Part shown: positions 14,501-27,020 of the stretch, piece by piece
Numbering within the stretch: position 1 is the first letter of the stretch
Layout: every line of letters begins with the position of its first letter
Assembly: GCF_964204865.1 (NCBI RefSeq)
Contig: NC_135260.1
Location: forward strand, 13,640,001 to 13,704,000
DNA: 64,000 bases
Direction: 5' to 3'
From: Styela clava
Taxonomy: Eukaryota
The notes under the pieces: model-generated
What the model was told of the DNA's origin: nothing
The model's database searches: none
What the model saw: only the letters and a program-made list of their open reading frames with translations
Program-made: the position numbers and the translations under genes

Positions 14501-15213
14501 ACAGATGACGTTAAATAAATGTAAAAAAAAAAAGATATGAATTGGATGATATCATCATGACTTGCTGAGCGAATTTAATTCAGGAAATAAAAAGTAAATA
14601 TGATGCAAGTCAATCGGGAAAGAGTGACTGGATAAGTCAGTTTTGCTTTATAATGTCATGCTCGGGTGAGCGTAAAATCAACAAAGAAATTTCATGACTA
14701 ACATGACGCCGTATAGCGTAGTTACTAGTTAGCAACCAGAAAAAGGGAGAATTCGTTATATGAGTTAAAGAGACATTAATAATATTTAAATTTGACAAGT
14801 GAAATGAATATATCGACAAAGGAGGTAAGCAACACTAAATAATGTGAGATGAAAAGGCATGTATGATAAGATAATAATATTAAAAATATTCAATAATATG
14901 CCTTTAGATTAACGTACTTACAGCTGTACAGACTTATGCATTCATGTAATGGCAGAGCCACATGCCCAAGTCTGTAAGTGTAAAGTGTTATCATTAATAT
15001 TGATTTAGTGCTTTCAGAGGTTCATAAAATTTAAGATTATACATCAATAGATATGAGAATTGATACTGCAGGATTGGCAATGCTAGTAGCATTGCAGCTT
15101 TGTTGAATTATTACATAGAGCACATGAAGACAACATACTGACATATATATTTTATGACTTCGAAGAAAGGGGTAAACCTGACAACAAGCCTAAATGGTAT
15201 AACAACTGGGAAA

Positions 15214-18211
15214 TTACTGACATATATAAGCATCAAGGTGAAGATTTTTCAACATTTGTTTAAATAAGTTATAATTTTTGGAACGAATTGAATTAGGCAG
15301 TGTGTTCCATAGTTTCACACCGATGCATTTGATACTGTTTTGTGTATGACTTGAAGAGTAACGAGAAACATAATATGAGCTATTGGCAGAAGATCGAGTT
15401 GCATACGAGTGGATACTGCTTTGCTTAACAAAATATTTAGTGAATGCAACAGGCAATTTATTATTGTGATGCTGGTGCATGATTTTCGGTATCTCAATTT
15501 TATATATATCTGCCATTTTGAATATTTTCATGTTATAATAGTGGGGTTCTAGTTTCGACCTATATCCAGCGTTAGTAATAGCACGGATAGCCCTATTTTG
15601 CATAATTTCTACTCGATGCAATGAGGTTCTGTTAGCTGATCCCCATGCTACAATACCGTATTGCAAATGTGACTGAACCAATGAATGGTAGACCATGCGT
15701 AATGTTGACGCTGATGTATATCGTCTAAGTCTATACATCATTCCTACTGATTTGGATAATTTAATTGCAATGTTAGATATTTGAATATCCCATTGCATTT
15801 TATTGTCAATGAAGATGCCTAGATATTTATAGGAATTGACAGTTTCAAGAACAGAGCCCCCTATCTCAATTTTTAAATCATGTGGGGGTTTGTTTTTAAT
15901 TGGTGATATCAGCATGGTTTTATTTATCTACATTTAGAGTTAGTTTGTTGAGTTTTATTCAATTTGCAACTTTTTCAATTTCAGCGTTCGCTCTTGATTG
16001 GAGTACTTCAGGGGATTTATCACTATCAAGCAGATTTGTATCGTCCGCGAACAATTTCGAAAATAATGTGGTGCTTCGAGCAAGATCGTTGATGAATATT
16101 AAAAATAAAGTCGGTCCCAAGCACGATCCCTGTGGGACTCCGTGGGTCACAGGTAAGGTGGGTGAACAATAAAAACCCATTTGTACATATTGTGATCTGT
16201 TGGTCAAGTAATCGGCAAAAAGTTTGTTAGCCACACCTCTAATACCATAGTGCCACAGTTTATGTATTAAAATTTGGTGATTAACAGTATCGAAGGCTTT
16301 TTTAAGATCTAAGAAGGTTGCACTGACATATTCTTTGTTTTCTAGTTTATCATAGATGTGAGATATTGTGTCAAGAATCGCATGTGAAGTAGAATGTTCG
16401 CTTTGAAAACCAAATTGTGATTTATTCAGTATCTCGTGCTTTCTGAGAAAGTTCATTAGTCGTTTATGTATCAAGCGTTCGAATACCTTGTCTAAGGCAG
16501 AAAGAATCGAAATAGGCCTATAATTTGACACTTGTTTTGTATTGCCAGACTTGAAGATTGGAACTACTCTCGCGATTTTCAATGAAGATGGAAATATTCC
16601 CAACTGAAGTGAACTATTGAAAAACTTTGTCAGACATGGAGCTATGATATCAGCAACATACTTGAGAAAGCGGCTCTGGATGTTGTCAGCCCCAACTGCC
16701 TTACCATCCTTAAGACTTATGATTTCAGCTGTTAATTCATTCACTGTTGTGGGATTCAGAAATATGGAATTGCTTATCCGCTTGTCAAGATACTTTCTAA
16801 ACCCCTCCATGTCATTGGGGAATTGTTTAGAAAGATTAGAACCGACAGTGGAAAAGTACTGATTGAATTCTTGTGCAATCGAATGACTATCATTAATAAT
16901 ACTGCCATTTTCCAGATGGATTTCGTCAATATTATGCCTTAACTTGTTTTTAGAGGATGCAATTTGATTCACAATTCGCCATGTAGACTTGGGGTTTCCC
17001 TTGTTTTCAGCAATCATATTCTGGTAATACATTTGTTTCGCCATATCAATGGTATGTGTGAGTAAATTGCGATACTTTTTGAAATATGAGCACTGGGAAC
17101 TATTGCCCTTTAGGAAGTGGGATTTATACATTTTATGTCTTGAAAGAATACTATTGAGTACTCCTTTCGATACCCATGGTTTAAGTTTAATCTTTTTTTC
17201 GCGGCGTGACAATTGTTTAAACGGAGCATGGCGGTCAATTAGATGAACAATAGAATTTGTAAATTCTTCAAAATGACTATTAAAATTATGGGCATTCAAG
17301 TTAAATGCAGCAAAGTGATTATTTATTATATCTTGCATGTCTGACCGAAACGCGCCAATCGAAAATGTAGACATATCCCTTCTAAAAATAACATCATTTC
17401 TGATTGATGGTTTGATGCCATTAAGACTACACATTATTGGGAAATGATCAGTAATATCTGATAATATAACATGAGAATCCAGTTTTATATGTAGAGTCAA
17501 GTGTGTATATAAATGATCAATTAGTGTAGCCGAATTTTGTGTGACCCTGGTAGGTCTTGTAATAATAGAAAAGGTGTTATGAGCAACAAACATATTGGTA
17601 TAATTGGCAATTTGGGTACTATATTTTGCTGCAAGTAGATTGATGTTAAAATCTCCCACGATCATAAAAGAATTTTTTGTTAATTTTGTAAGGCAGTTCT
17701 CAAATATGCTGGTAAAAGTAGAAATATCGTTTTTTGGATGTTTATATATAATACCAATGCTCAAATTAATGTTAATGCTTTGAAGGTTTATTTCAAGCCA
17801 TAATTCTTCACAATTGGAGTAATTTAGATGATATTCAGTTGTCTCAGTAAATTTCATTTCTAATAAAAGCACCGACACCACCTGCTTTCGAAGCAGAAGG
17901 TGCGTGTATAAATCTATAGCCATCAATGCTTATATAGTCAGAATTATTGTTTAATTTTGTCTCACTTATAGCTATAATATGGGGTGAAGGGTTGAAATTA
18001 GACAAAAGTGCAGATAGCTGCCCAATATTCTTCTGAATTGAGCGAATATTTAAATGTATGATAGATCGAATAAATCCGAATCAGTTCTAATATTTTTTAT
18101 ATCTGCCACTTCTAGGTTGCTGCAGTGGCAACCACTAATTTGATTTGGGGGTATAAGACTGTTGGCACCATTATCACAATGGTCTGAGAAATTATCATAA
18201 TTATTCGACAT
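15214..18211 (-). pseudogene. LINE ORF2: apurinic endonuclease plus reverse transcriptase (frameshifted)
   Basis: HLNIRSI, ISETK, GGVG, GDFNINL, TLIDH, DHFPI (APE); NYRPISIL, QFGF, FLDLKKAFDTV, GVPQGSCLGP, FADDT, YKYLG, KLWNTLP (RT and C-terminus). Frameshifts near 18070, 17850 and 15915; stop at 15959. Confidence 0.9.
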
Positions 18212-18316
18212 TTACTTATATGGGAAATAAGTATTGGAATTGCAAGGAATAATTATGAATAGAATTATATAGAAGAAAAATGTATGTACATATAAATATA
18301 TATAAAATACAGAAAC

Positions 18317-19304
18317 CTACTTTATGAAAAGTAGATCCTCCTCCGTAATGATTGGGATGGTAGGAGTGTCTGAATTCTTTTTAATGAGCACTTTGCCATT
18401 GTTAGTCGACAGAAACTTATAGCCACATGCTTGCTTCAGATCTCTAGCTTTGAAAAATAAATCTTTGTTCGTGTCGGTTAGATTTTCTACGACAAAGATT
18501 TTGGTGGATCTAGAAAAGCTCGGGAAAACTGTAGCAATGTCTAAGGACTTCAGTCTACGTCGATTCTTCAATATTTGGTTTCTTGTTTTTCTGTTTATAA
18601 AATTTGCAATTATTGGTGATGGCTTTTTCTTATTGTTTTTTGACATTCTATGGCAATTGGAGATGTCAAAGGATTTCAGAGGAACATTAATTTTCTCACA
18701 TATCTTGGAGATTAGATTTTCACAGTTTTCCCCGTTCGAATAAGGAATATTGTGAAATTCCAGATTGGCCAGCCTGGAACGACGTTCTTGGTCCTGTTGT
18801 CTCTCAGTTAGTATATCTACTTCTTCCTCTAGCTCTTCCACAAGCTTTTCAAGTTACATAACTCTTTTTTTTGTTTTGGTTGCAGTTGAGTTCGATTTGG
18901 CTTGATCTCAACTCGTCGAATTTCTTCGACACGAAATCCTGGCTTATTTTGATTTCATGGATTTCGTTTTTGATTTCAGTAAAGGATGTTACTTCAGATC
19001 TTATCTCGTTTATTGACTCTTTCATTGATGTTATTGAATTCTCCAAATTTGGATTATTGGTGAAGGCCTGGTTTGCATCGAAAGACCTTTCAAGATGTTG
19101 CTGGATGATGGTAGGGATCTCGAGACGCAGTGTCTTTAAAACTGTACTTTCTAGTACAGACACCAGATTGGTAATGTCGTCAACTTTAATTGTGGAGGTC
19201 ATTGACGCAGTCGAACGCATGTGTCGATCGGTTGGACTTTTGCGCTTAGGTGGTGCTGGAGGAGAACTGGATTTGTCTGGAGTGTCCATCTTTTCCCACT
19301 GCAC
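18317..19304 (-). pseudogene. LINE ORF1 (coiled coil plus RRM/Transposase_22/FP25K-like), frameshift at about 18870
   Basis: QERRSRLANLEFHNIP..ENCENLI..DISNCHRM..PSPIIANF..IFVVENLT..GYKFL..NGKVLIKK, directly upstream of ORF2. The break falls in an A-run. Confidence 0.8.
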
Positions 19305-19396
19305 AATTCAAGATATTCTTCAAAAAATTAGATGTGGATTACATCCATACAAAAGTTACAAAGATATTAAGTTTTATAGTTATTCATATATCATCC

Positions 19397-19477
19397 TAAT
19401 ACAACCAAATACTCCAATGATACAACCAAATACTCCAATGATACAACCAAATACTCCAAATACTCCAAATACTCCAT
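19397..19477. repeat. Minisatellite in LINE 5' UTR (21-mer ATACAACCAAATACTCCAATG, then 9-mer CCAAATACT)
   Basis: Direct tandem repeats visible in the sequence. Confidence 0.9.
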
Positions 19478-20136
19478 TCAGACGATAGTTAGTGCATATC
19501 TATCTGAATCATGGCATATCTGAATGCAAAATCATCGTCTGATGTCGTGTCAGACGTGTCAAAGCTGTCGGCAAACCCAATCATTCAATATTTCTTAAAG
19601 TTAGAGTCCTAGGGCGTCGCGACACTTTTTTCTTCTTCTGCGGAATTGTTTTGTGTTGTAAATATGAAACCACTGCAGAAATGTACAAGCTTAAAAATAA
19701 TACTGAACAAGAAAAGTCTAAAAACGCAAGTATGACGAAAGCTAGATTGACTTTGGATAGTTCAAGTTTCAAGCAAAAATCATTTTTGTTGCAACTAGGG
19801 ATGCGATGTTTGGGCTTCTTAGAAAACATGCTTTCACTTGCCAAAATCTTTCCTAAGCAATACACTGCTGCTTTTATTAGCCATTCTGTAAACGGTATCG
19901 ATATAAAAATAAATTCTAATTCTGAAAATGTAATGAGTTTTTGGATTTTCTTGGATAAAGGTTATCAGTCCTTGCGTTGGGCACTTTCATTCCTTTGGCG
20001 ACTTCGTATTCATGTGAAGCATGTTTTTAGACCATGGACATAACACGTTCAAAATATCTATCTCGAGTAAATGTTGAAAGGGGAAAAGCATGCGGCTCCC
20101 ACAATTCACTACAACATGACAATCGCAAGTACACTC

Positions 20137-20932
20137 TAGATATGTACCGATCCCACTTTAGTCGCCGATAGCGATATCGATCCGATATCAGCTAATATGC
20201 CGATACCGATACGCCGATATTCGAAAACGACCGATATTGCCGATATACCGATATCATTATTCCGATACTGAGTAAATATTACCTCAAGTGTGCAGGGCAG
20301 ACGGTTTAAAACAATAGTCTTCGAGCAATATTATTAGTGCACGTTATTTCGGATCAAAAAAGAGAAATATCACATATATATATATATTAAAAGGTAGATG
20401 TTTGGGATCCAAATGCGTTAATTGAATCAGATGAATTGACCACTGGCGCTGGTAATCTTGGTGTTCAATTAGAAAACTAATAGGATTTGGCTACTGTTGG
20501 TGGTAAAATAAATAAATGTTTAGCCTACTTACCGTATGAAACTGATACATTGAGTTACGTGCGCAGGATTTTGTGCCAATATAACGTCGTATTTTATATT
20601 TTACACATCGGAACATCCACTGATATTCGATTGCTATATTTCTTCATAATTACCGTGTAATATCAAACATTATAATATAAAAATATGGCAGCGAAAATAC
20701 TCAAATAGATTGTGCAAGTTTGGCTGATGAATGGCTAGAAACGGGTCAAAATCCGATTCCCGTTTCTACTAGCGGAGATCAGTATTTTAACCTACTTTTC
20801 AAAACATTCTGGATCATATTGAAAAAGGTAAATATATCGGAGATATCGGTCTAAATTTCGCCGATACCGATACACTACCGATACCGAAAAATTGGCCGAT
20901 ATTGCCGATACCGATACATCGGTATATCTCTA
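20137..20932. mobile_element. hAT MITE with CCGATA subterminal repeats
   Basis: TAGATATGTACCGAT..ATCGGTATATCTCTA TIRs; imperfect TSD (GTACACTC / GACTACACTC). Confidence 0.8.
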
Positions 20933-21848
20933 GACTACACTCATCATATTAAATACGATTTCACTGACTTACGTTGAGTTGTGTTTTTTCGTTTAAATAG
21001 GACTCATCGCCAAAAGGTATATTATTAAAAGCTATTAGGACGTTTTTCACGGGGAGTCGCAACTTGATCATATTTTTGGAGGGCGTCACAATACGAAGAA
21101 GTTTGAGAACCACTGGTGTAACTGAAGTATTCCCAATGACGCCAGATGGGCACGTTCTGGTGTTTAGCAAGATGTATCTCACTTGTAGAGCAGACTATAA
21201 TCAAAATCTTGTATTGAACGCTCTAGCGACTATTTTTTAACAAAGTATCTTAATCGGCTTAGTAGTTTAGAGCTCGAAATAAGCAACAGATAAGCATATT
21301 AGTCTGCAATGCGTTAAATAAATTCCAATGACAGGAAAACTTTTGCTACCATGCATATATATTTGTCATATTAGGAATGATCGGTACATGGTATTTATCG
21401 TCACATTGGGAGGTAGACTACGGTAACTGTACTGCAAAATATTTTATAATACAGTTGTGACTCCGATCATTAAGTATTTTAATTCCCATGTAAAAATGAA
21501 CACAGAAATCTCATAGGATTCATAGAATGTTTAGGGATAAATAGCGAAAAATACAATCTTAACCCATTGAAAAGCAATTGGTCCAGTAATCAATATGAAT
21601 AGCGATTTCTTCATAACGATACAAAAAGGGAGAAATACTAACTACAACAGGATTACCAAAAATATCTAAACGATCCATAGGTCCACTACCGGTACGTGTC
21701 CCAGGTTAGCGTTCAGGTTGTGCGCCATCTTGGTGCACATACTTCGGAAGCTCCAAATTACTTATTGCGGTTTGTTACCCCTACGTCAGTAAATCCCGTT
21801 CTTAGCAAAAGTCGGAACTGTTTTGGTGGGATACGGTAGACTACGGCC

Positions 21849-23510
21849 CAGGGGATCCCAAACTTTTGGCCTTGCGGAGCCCGTGAAGAGGTTGACTAAC
21901 ATTCACGGAGCCCCAAAGTAAATTTTAAAATTTTTACGTTCCGATTGATATTCCTGAGTAAGTTAAAGGTATTTACGAATTTAAAAGCTAAACCTTTTTT
22001 AATGGGGTTAATACAAGCCATAAATAAATCTAAATTTCACAGATAAATTATATATATAAAGGCTGTAAATTTGCTCTTTTGCTCTGTGGGGAATTATGAG
22101 TTCAATGTGAAAGCATCGTTACCATATTATAGTCAATGCTTGATCGGCGACGAGAGGCTAAAATATTTAATAAAGAGGTAAATCCGCAACTCAAATTCTT
22201 TGATTGAAAAGCGGCATTATGAATGATTAAAACTAAAACTTAAAACGGAGGATAACACTAAGTTTTGTATCAACAGACTCACGGCTGATTAAAGCTTTTT
22301 TAGACATTGCAAATCCCAAAATTTGGTGTTATGTTAGATTTTCTTTGGTTATTCATCGTAGTAACTGAAATCGAAACACAGTCAATTATGCGCGTGATGT
22401 AACTTTTATCCATTCTGAGACTACCGACGGAGCCACATGCAATAACATAAATTTCAATCGTTCGTATTTTGCCCAGACCTTGTGATTTTTTAAACGGCGA
22501 TATCTTGCAAAGAATCTGAGTGGCAGACCTGCGCGGTCGGAGTTAGTGTTGCAAGAACGGCTCAAATTTGTCAAATTCGCTCAATCAACCACACTGCCAC
22601 GCAATCAGCTATGATTACGATCATGAATTAATCGGGAAGGGCACAAATATCTTATCAAACTACTGGCACCGCTAGTAGGTATGTATGTTCTTTTGTGGGC
22701 AATATGATTTTGTTGCTAATATCTTATGATAACAGCCTTGTTCAGGATACACGGTAGTCCACAAGAACTTCGTTCACTTAACTTTGTTTCTCATTTCATT
22801 TCCGCGGATTGCCGTGGTAATTTGAGAAGTAATGGTTTATTACATTGAACACAATTAACCCAATGAACAAGTCATTTTAAATTTGCCCCCATCGGTCATA
22901 GATTGTAAATTTTACTTTTTGAGTTTTAACGTCAACCTAAGGCTTTTTGTAACGCCGATATCTTGCCTAAAAATAATCTCGAGTGCAAAAGAACAAATCA
23001 AGTTTGACAAATTCCAAGATCGCAAAAATACGATTCCAATTTATTTATTGTTGGCAGTTTATCACGTATTTTATATTATTTTAGAATAGAAATCTTTTAT
23101 TTTAATAATCCCAATAGTAATCTCGAATTAAACGTGAGTAACGATGAGCACAATTAAATTATTATGACACGTCATTTTAAATGTTGCTCGCAATGGTCAT
23201 GGATTGAATATTTTACGCAACAGAAATCTCGTTATCCACTGAAAATTTTTTTTTCAATCGCGAAGAATGTTGCGCGAAAATTTGCGATTCCAATTTTGAG
23301 CCCCATTCCCTCTAAGAATCCTGGCTGCGCTTTTTCTTATAAATAATGTCATTTCTGTTGTCAAATTTCATTAAAGCTGGTATTGCTTCTTTGAACAATT
23401 TCAAAATTAGCAAAGTCAGTATTTTGAAAAGTAATAGAATAGCACGCGGAGCCCCTAGGTTTATCCCGCGGAGCCCTGGGGCTCCGTACGGAGCACTTTT
23501 AGAACCTATG
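21849..23510. mobile_element. hAT non-autonomous element in FUT8 intron 6 (second copy about 50035-52045)
   Basis: CAGGGGATCCCAAAC start; GCGGAGCCC subterminal motifs; approximate TSD GACTACGG/GACTACGA. Empty site in copy I at about 808-815. Confidence 0.75.
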
Positions 23511-24639
23511 GACTACGATACCGATAAATTAAAATATTAGATAATAAAGTTGTGACTTGGATTATTTGTTATATCAATTTACGTTGAGACTGAATAAATG
23601 AATGATAATCGTCGCAGGACTTGGGAAAGCAGGGTCAATCCGGATACCGGTACCCTGATACAGTTACTTGTAAGTTACCTTTTCCACAGTTTCATATTCG
23701 TTGCGGATATGATCTTGGGGGTATTGTGGGATGACAAAAACTCGTTTTGGTCTTGGGTGACCATATATTTAAGCATTGGTCACTTCCAGTTTACCTTATG
23801 CTTCAGAGCTACAAGAGGATGAATGAAAATTATTGAGGTGTGATCCAATTAAGAGGGACGAGTGAAGAGTAAATGAAAAGTTTGTAAATAGTTTGATGTC
23901 TTTGATGTCTTCAGGTTTAACTCGGTGATTTGTGCTTGATTTATTTAGATGTCACATTTGAGTTCTCCCATTAGAGTGAATCTTATACTATTCAAGTTTC
24001 TGGCGTTGTTTGGCGAGTATTCGAAGTGTCGCTCGCTGCTCAATAACCAGTATTGGTTTTTGTTTTATTCTATTTTACCCTGTATATGCAATTTACGACG
24101 TATTTTCATTAATGATGGAAAAGTGAATGAATGACTTCCAATAAATCATATATCTGTTAAACTTTCAAGTTGAGTTTTTCAATTTTCATCCAACTATGAA
24201 ATTACTGAATTAAAATGAACTGAATGAATTAAGTTGTTAATTGAGGAATTCTGACAGAATTGAGCCAAGTCTAGTATAATCTCTGCCAACTTACACTGTC
24301 TTTTTGTTTGCGACACTAAACCGATTTAGGTAAGAAATATGTTAACTAGAAGGAATGCTGATCCAGATTTGCATTTATCCATGACAGGAACAACATCACG
24401 TATTTTTGCAACAAAGTTAACGTATGAATCGTTTTGTTAAATTCTCGTTTAGAAAAATATGTTTTCAAACTATATATATCTTTTTCGTGGAGACTGTTGG
24501 GTCAATTTGTACTCACTTTGTGATCTGTTAGAATATCGGCACTTATATGCGATGATGGCAGAAATTTAGTTTATCTTGTCTGAAGTATTTATGAAAATAA
24601 CTATCGATATTTCAATTTTATTGTTAATTATTTAATTAC

Positions 24640-25184
24640 CTGCAGTTTGGCTATTCTTTCTTGGCCGTACATCTGTAAGTTATCCATAGTTTTACGGGCA
24701 ATCGTTTCAGATTCTTCAATTACATTTTTAAGTTCTTTCTTTGATTTTCTTGAAAAATTATTGTTTTTTATAAAAATCGTTTTCAAATTTTTAATCTACC
24801 TTTAATAATAGTCATTTAGTAATAGTAGTCATTTTCATTTTATCAACACGGCCAAGCACTTATTCACTCAATTATGGATAAATATTTTTATTCAATCTCA
24901 GCAGGGCAAGCTGAATGATAACAGATAAACTAATTTAAATCAGGAGTCTAGTTTTCTGTTTCCTTCGTGTTGATTTAACAAATTAAATTTTGTTCACTTC
25001 TTGAATGCCATTTAGGTGCTATGACTTGAGCAATTACACAATAATAAATAACTCACATATATCCATTGTTCACAAATTCTTGGATGTCGCTTGGAAGACC
25101 TAATCTTTTAATTACCGATGATATATGCAACCAGTAATATTTCAGATCAGAAAGAAGGTTTGAAAGAATGTAGAATTCCGTGGA
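24640..25184 (-). pseudogene. Orphan FUT8-like exons 5-6 (truncated paralog lacking exons 1-4; no catalytic exons recognised downstream)
   Basis: Exons 25184-25057 and 24748-24640 are near-identical to those of copies I and III. At about 25213, intron-4 sequence is fused directly to upstream-region sequence equivalent to about 58085. Confidence 0.8.
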
Positions 25185-26253
25185 CTGAAAATAGAATAAG
25201 TTTTAATGAAATCATGTGCTCAAAAATGTGCTCATTGAGGCAAGTTCATATCTCAAAGTTATTGCTATTTCTATCTATACTGAGTAAAGTCACAGTAGTT
25301 CTACTCCAGCGGCTCTCAGTTTTGGCTGAGATGACGTCACGTGTCATTTAGCGATCCCTTCGACTACACTACAGCTGCCACAGGAAAAAAAGCATAGGCC
25401 CTAGCCTAGGATAATCATATACTAACCATGTGTAAAATTAACAAACATTTTTAAATAACAGTTACTTCTGTACTTTTGAAATATTTCTGACGTAGAAATT
25501 ATATATATATACATTAACTTATAAATATATTCTATTTCAACGACAAACTGACAACTGAGGTTACTTGTAAAATATTCAAATGTACGATACCAGTACACGC
25601 CTCTTAGAAATTCAAATAAAGATGAGGAAAATATATTAGCAATACTTGTTTTTTTTTGTTTTGCAATATTACCTTCATCAAAGTCGTGTTGAAGCACTTG
25701 ATTTTGTGAAATTTGAGAAGATATATATGCCTAAACACTAAATCCAGGTACATAAACAACCCACGTGATATCCATGTTTATAGAGCCTAAGTAAAACACT
25801 CCAAATACATTAAACCTATATATTATAATACATTAAGATAGCAATCAGTTGAGTTGAAACCGATAAGACACTGATATCAGAGAGAGGCAATTTTGAAATT
25901 AAATTTTATTGTCATTTTACAGGCCTTTAACAAACAGCACTTCTCAATTGAAAGCCGGGCCTCGAATTATTAATCCTATTTCAATGACAAAAGCCCTTGT
26001 TATGTACCCAGTTTATGCGTGTCGATAGTCATTTGCACAATGAAGAATAAGTTCTATTCAGAGAACAGCAAATCTATGCTGCGCTGGGACTCACTATGGT
26101 TAAAAATAACGAAGTTATTGGACACGAAATGAACATACAGATCGTTTGGTTATTATGTTGTTGTTGGAATTCTTTTTCTTGTTGTTATGAACAAATCGCT
26201 TTTCTCATTACTTACTGGACCTATTATTTTTACGAATTTGAAAATATTTCGTT

Positions 26254-26520
26254 TTTTAGGTTCTATATACTTTGCCACGCTTCATTGCAAAATAAACATA
26301 TCCTAGATCATTCTATTCAATGTTATATGTATCATTTGTAAGAATCGTCCTGTATTGAGAGTATGGATCGTTGCATTCTATTGTATGAAATACCCTATTT
26401 TAGGTTCTATATACTTTGCCACGCTTCATTGCAAAATAACATATTCAAGCTCATACTATTCACTGTTATATGTATCATTTGTAAGAATCGTCCTGTATTG
26501 AGAGTATGGATCGTTGCATC
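26254..26520. repeat. Tandem duplication, 2 x about 143 bp
   Basis: TTTTAGGTTCTATATACTTTGCCACGCTTCATTGC..GTATGGATCGTTGCAT occurs twice; single copy in the paralogous region about 59108-59230. Confidence 0.88.
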
Positions 26521-26812
26521 TTATTATATGAAACACCACTTTTAAGTAAGATACTATAAACATTTATATGTATAATATTTTTTTTGTCAATATCAAATGT
26601 AATACTGCCAATAAATTAAGGTATTCTACCCATCCAATTGAAACATAAATGTATTTGATTCAAGACCGGAATATCTAAATTCTAAAGCAAAGATATAATA
26701 ATAAATGTGTGATAATTGGGAGAAACAACAGTCGTCTTTTCACCATCGATCACATTTTCCAATATTGTGAATTTCGGTTTCAACTTTGCGTTGGGAATGT
26801 TGCGAAGGAGAT

Positions 26813-27020
26813 TTACGAAGGGCTATGGAAAATTGGAAGACTATCTACAGATGGCTTCGATCGTAGTTTATACAATTGAACTCTCTTTTCTTTCAATTGT
26901 TGGTATTGTCGCTATATCCGAACATCAATCTCACTCCTTAATTTCCTCTCTGAATGGTCAGATACTGCAACGTATGGAAATACTACATCCTTACAATAAT
27001 ACGTAAACGAAACGGCATAT
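26813..27020 (-). pseudogene. Decayed FUT8-like terminal (SH3) exon relic
   Basis: After the tttag acceptor: ICRFVY..VFPYVAVSDHS..EIDVR..LYKLRSKPSVDSLPIFHSPS*, with two internal deletions and stops. Homologous to 45346-45023. Confidence 0.8.

Larger units (their letters stand above)
14316..19580 (-). mobile_element. Non-LTR retrotransposon (L2/Crack/Daphne group of the CR1 superclade), near full length, decayed
   Basis: ORF1 plus APE-RT ORF2. Long 3' UTR ends AATAAA followed by (ACTTCTG)x2 at about 14316-14336. 5' boundary approximate. Confidence 0.85.

Noticed and set aside
19397-19477. Regular short repeats (also the CCGATA and GAATCG arrays) considered as CRISPR-like
   Set aside because: No unique spacers; eukaryotic context; explained as a minisatellite and hAT subterminal repeats.
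18871-19488. 205-aa plus-strand ORF
   Set aside because: Antisense shadow of LINE ORF1 plus the 5' UTR minisatellite; no independent coding signal.
22386-23089. Near-identical ORFs repeated at 50505-51204, suggesting a conserved gene
   Set aside because: Both lie in the same duplicated non-autonomous hAT insertion; similarity reflects recent duplication.
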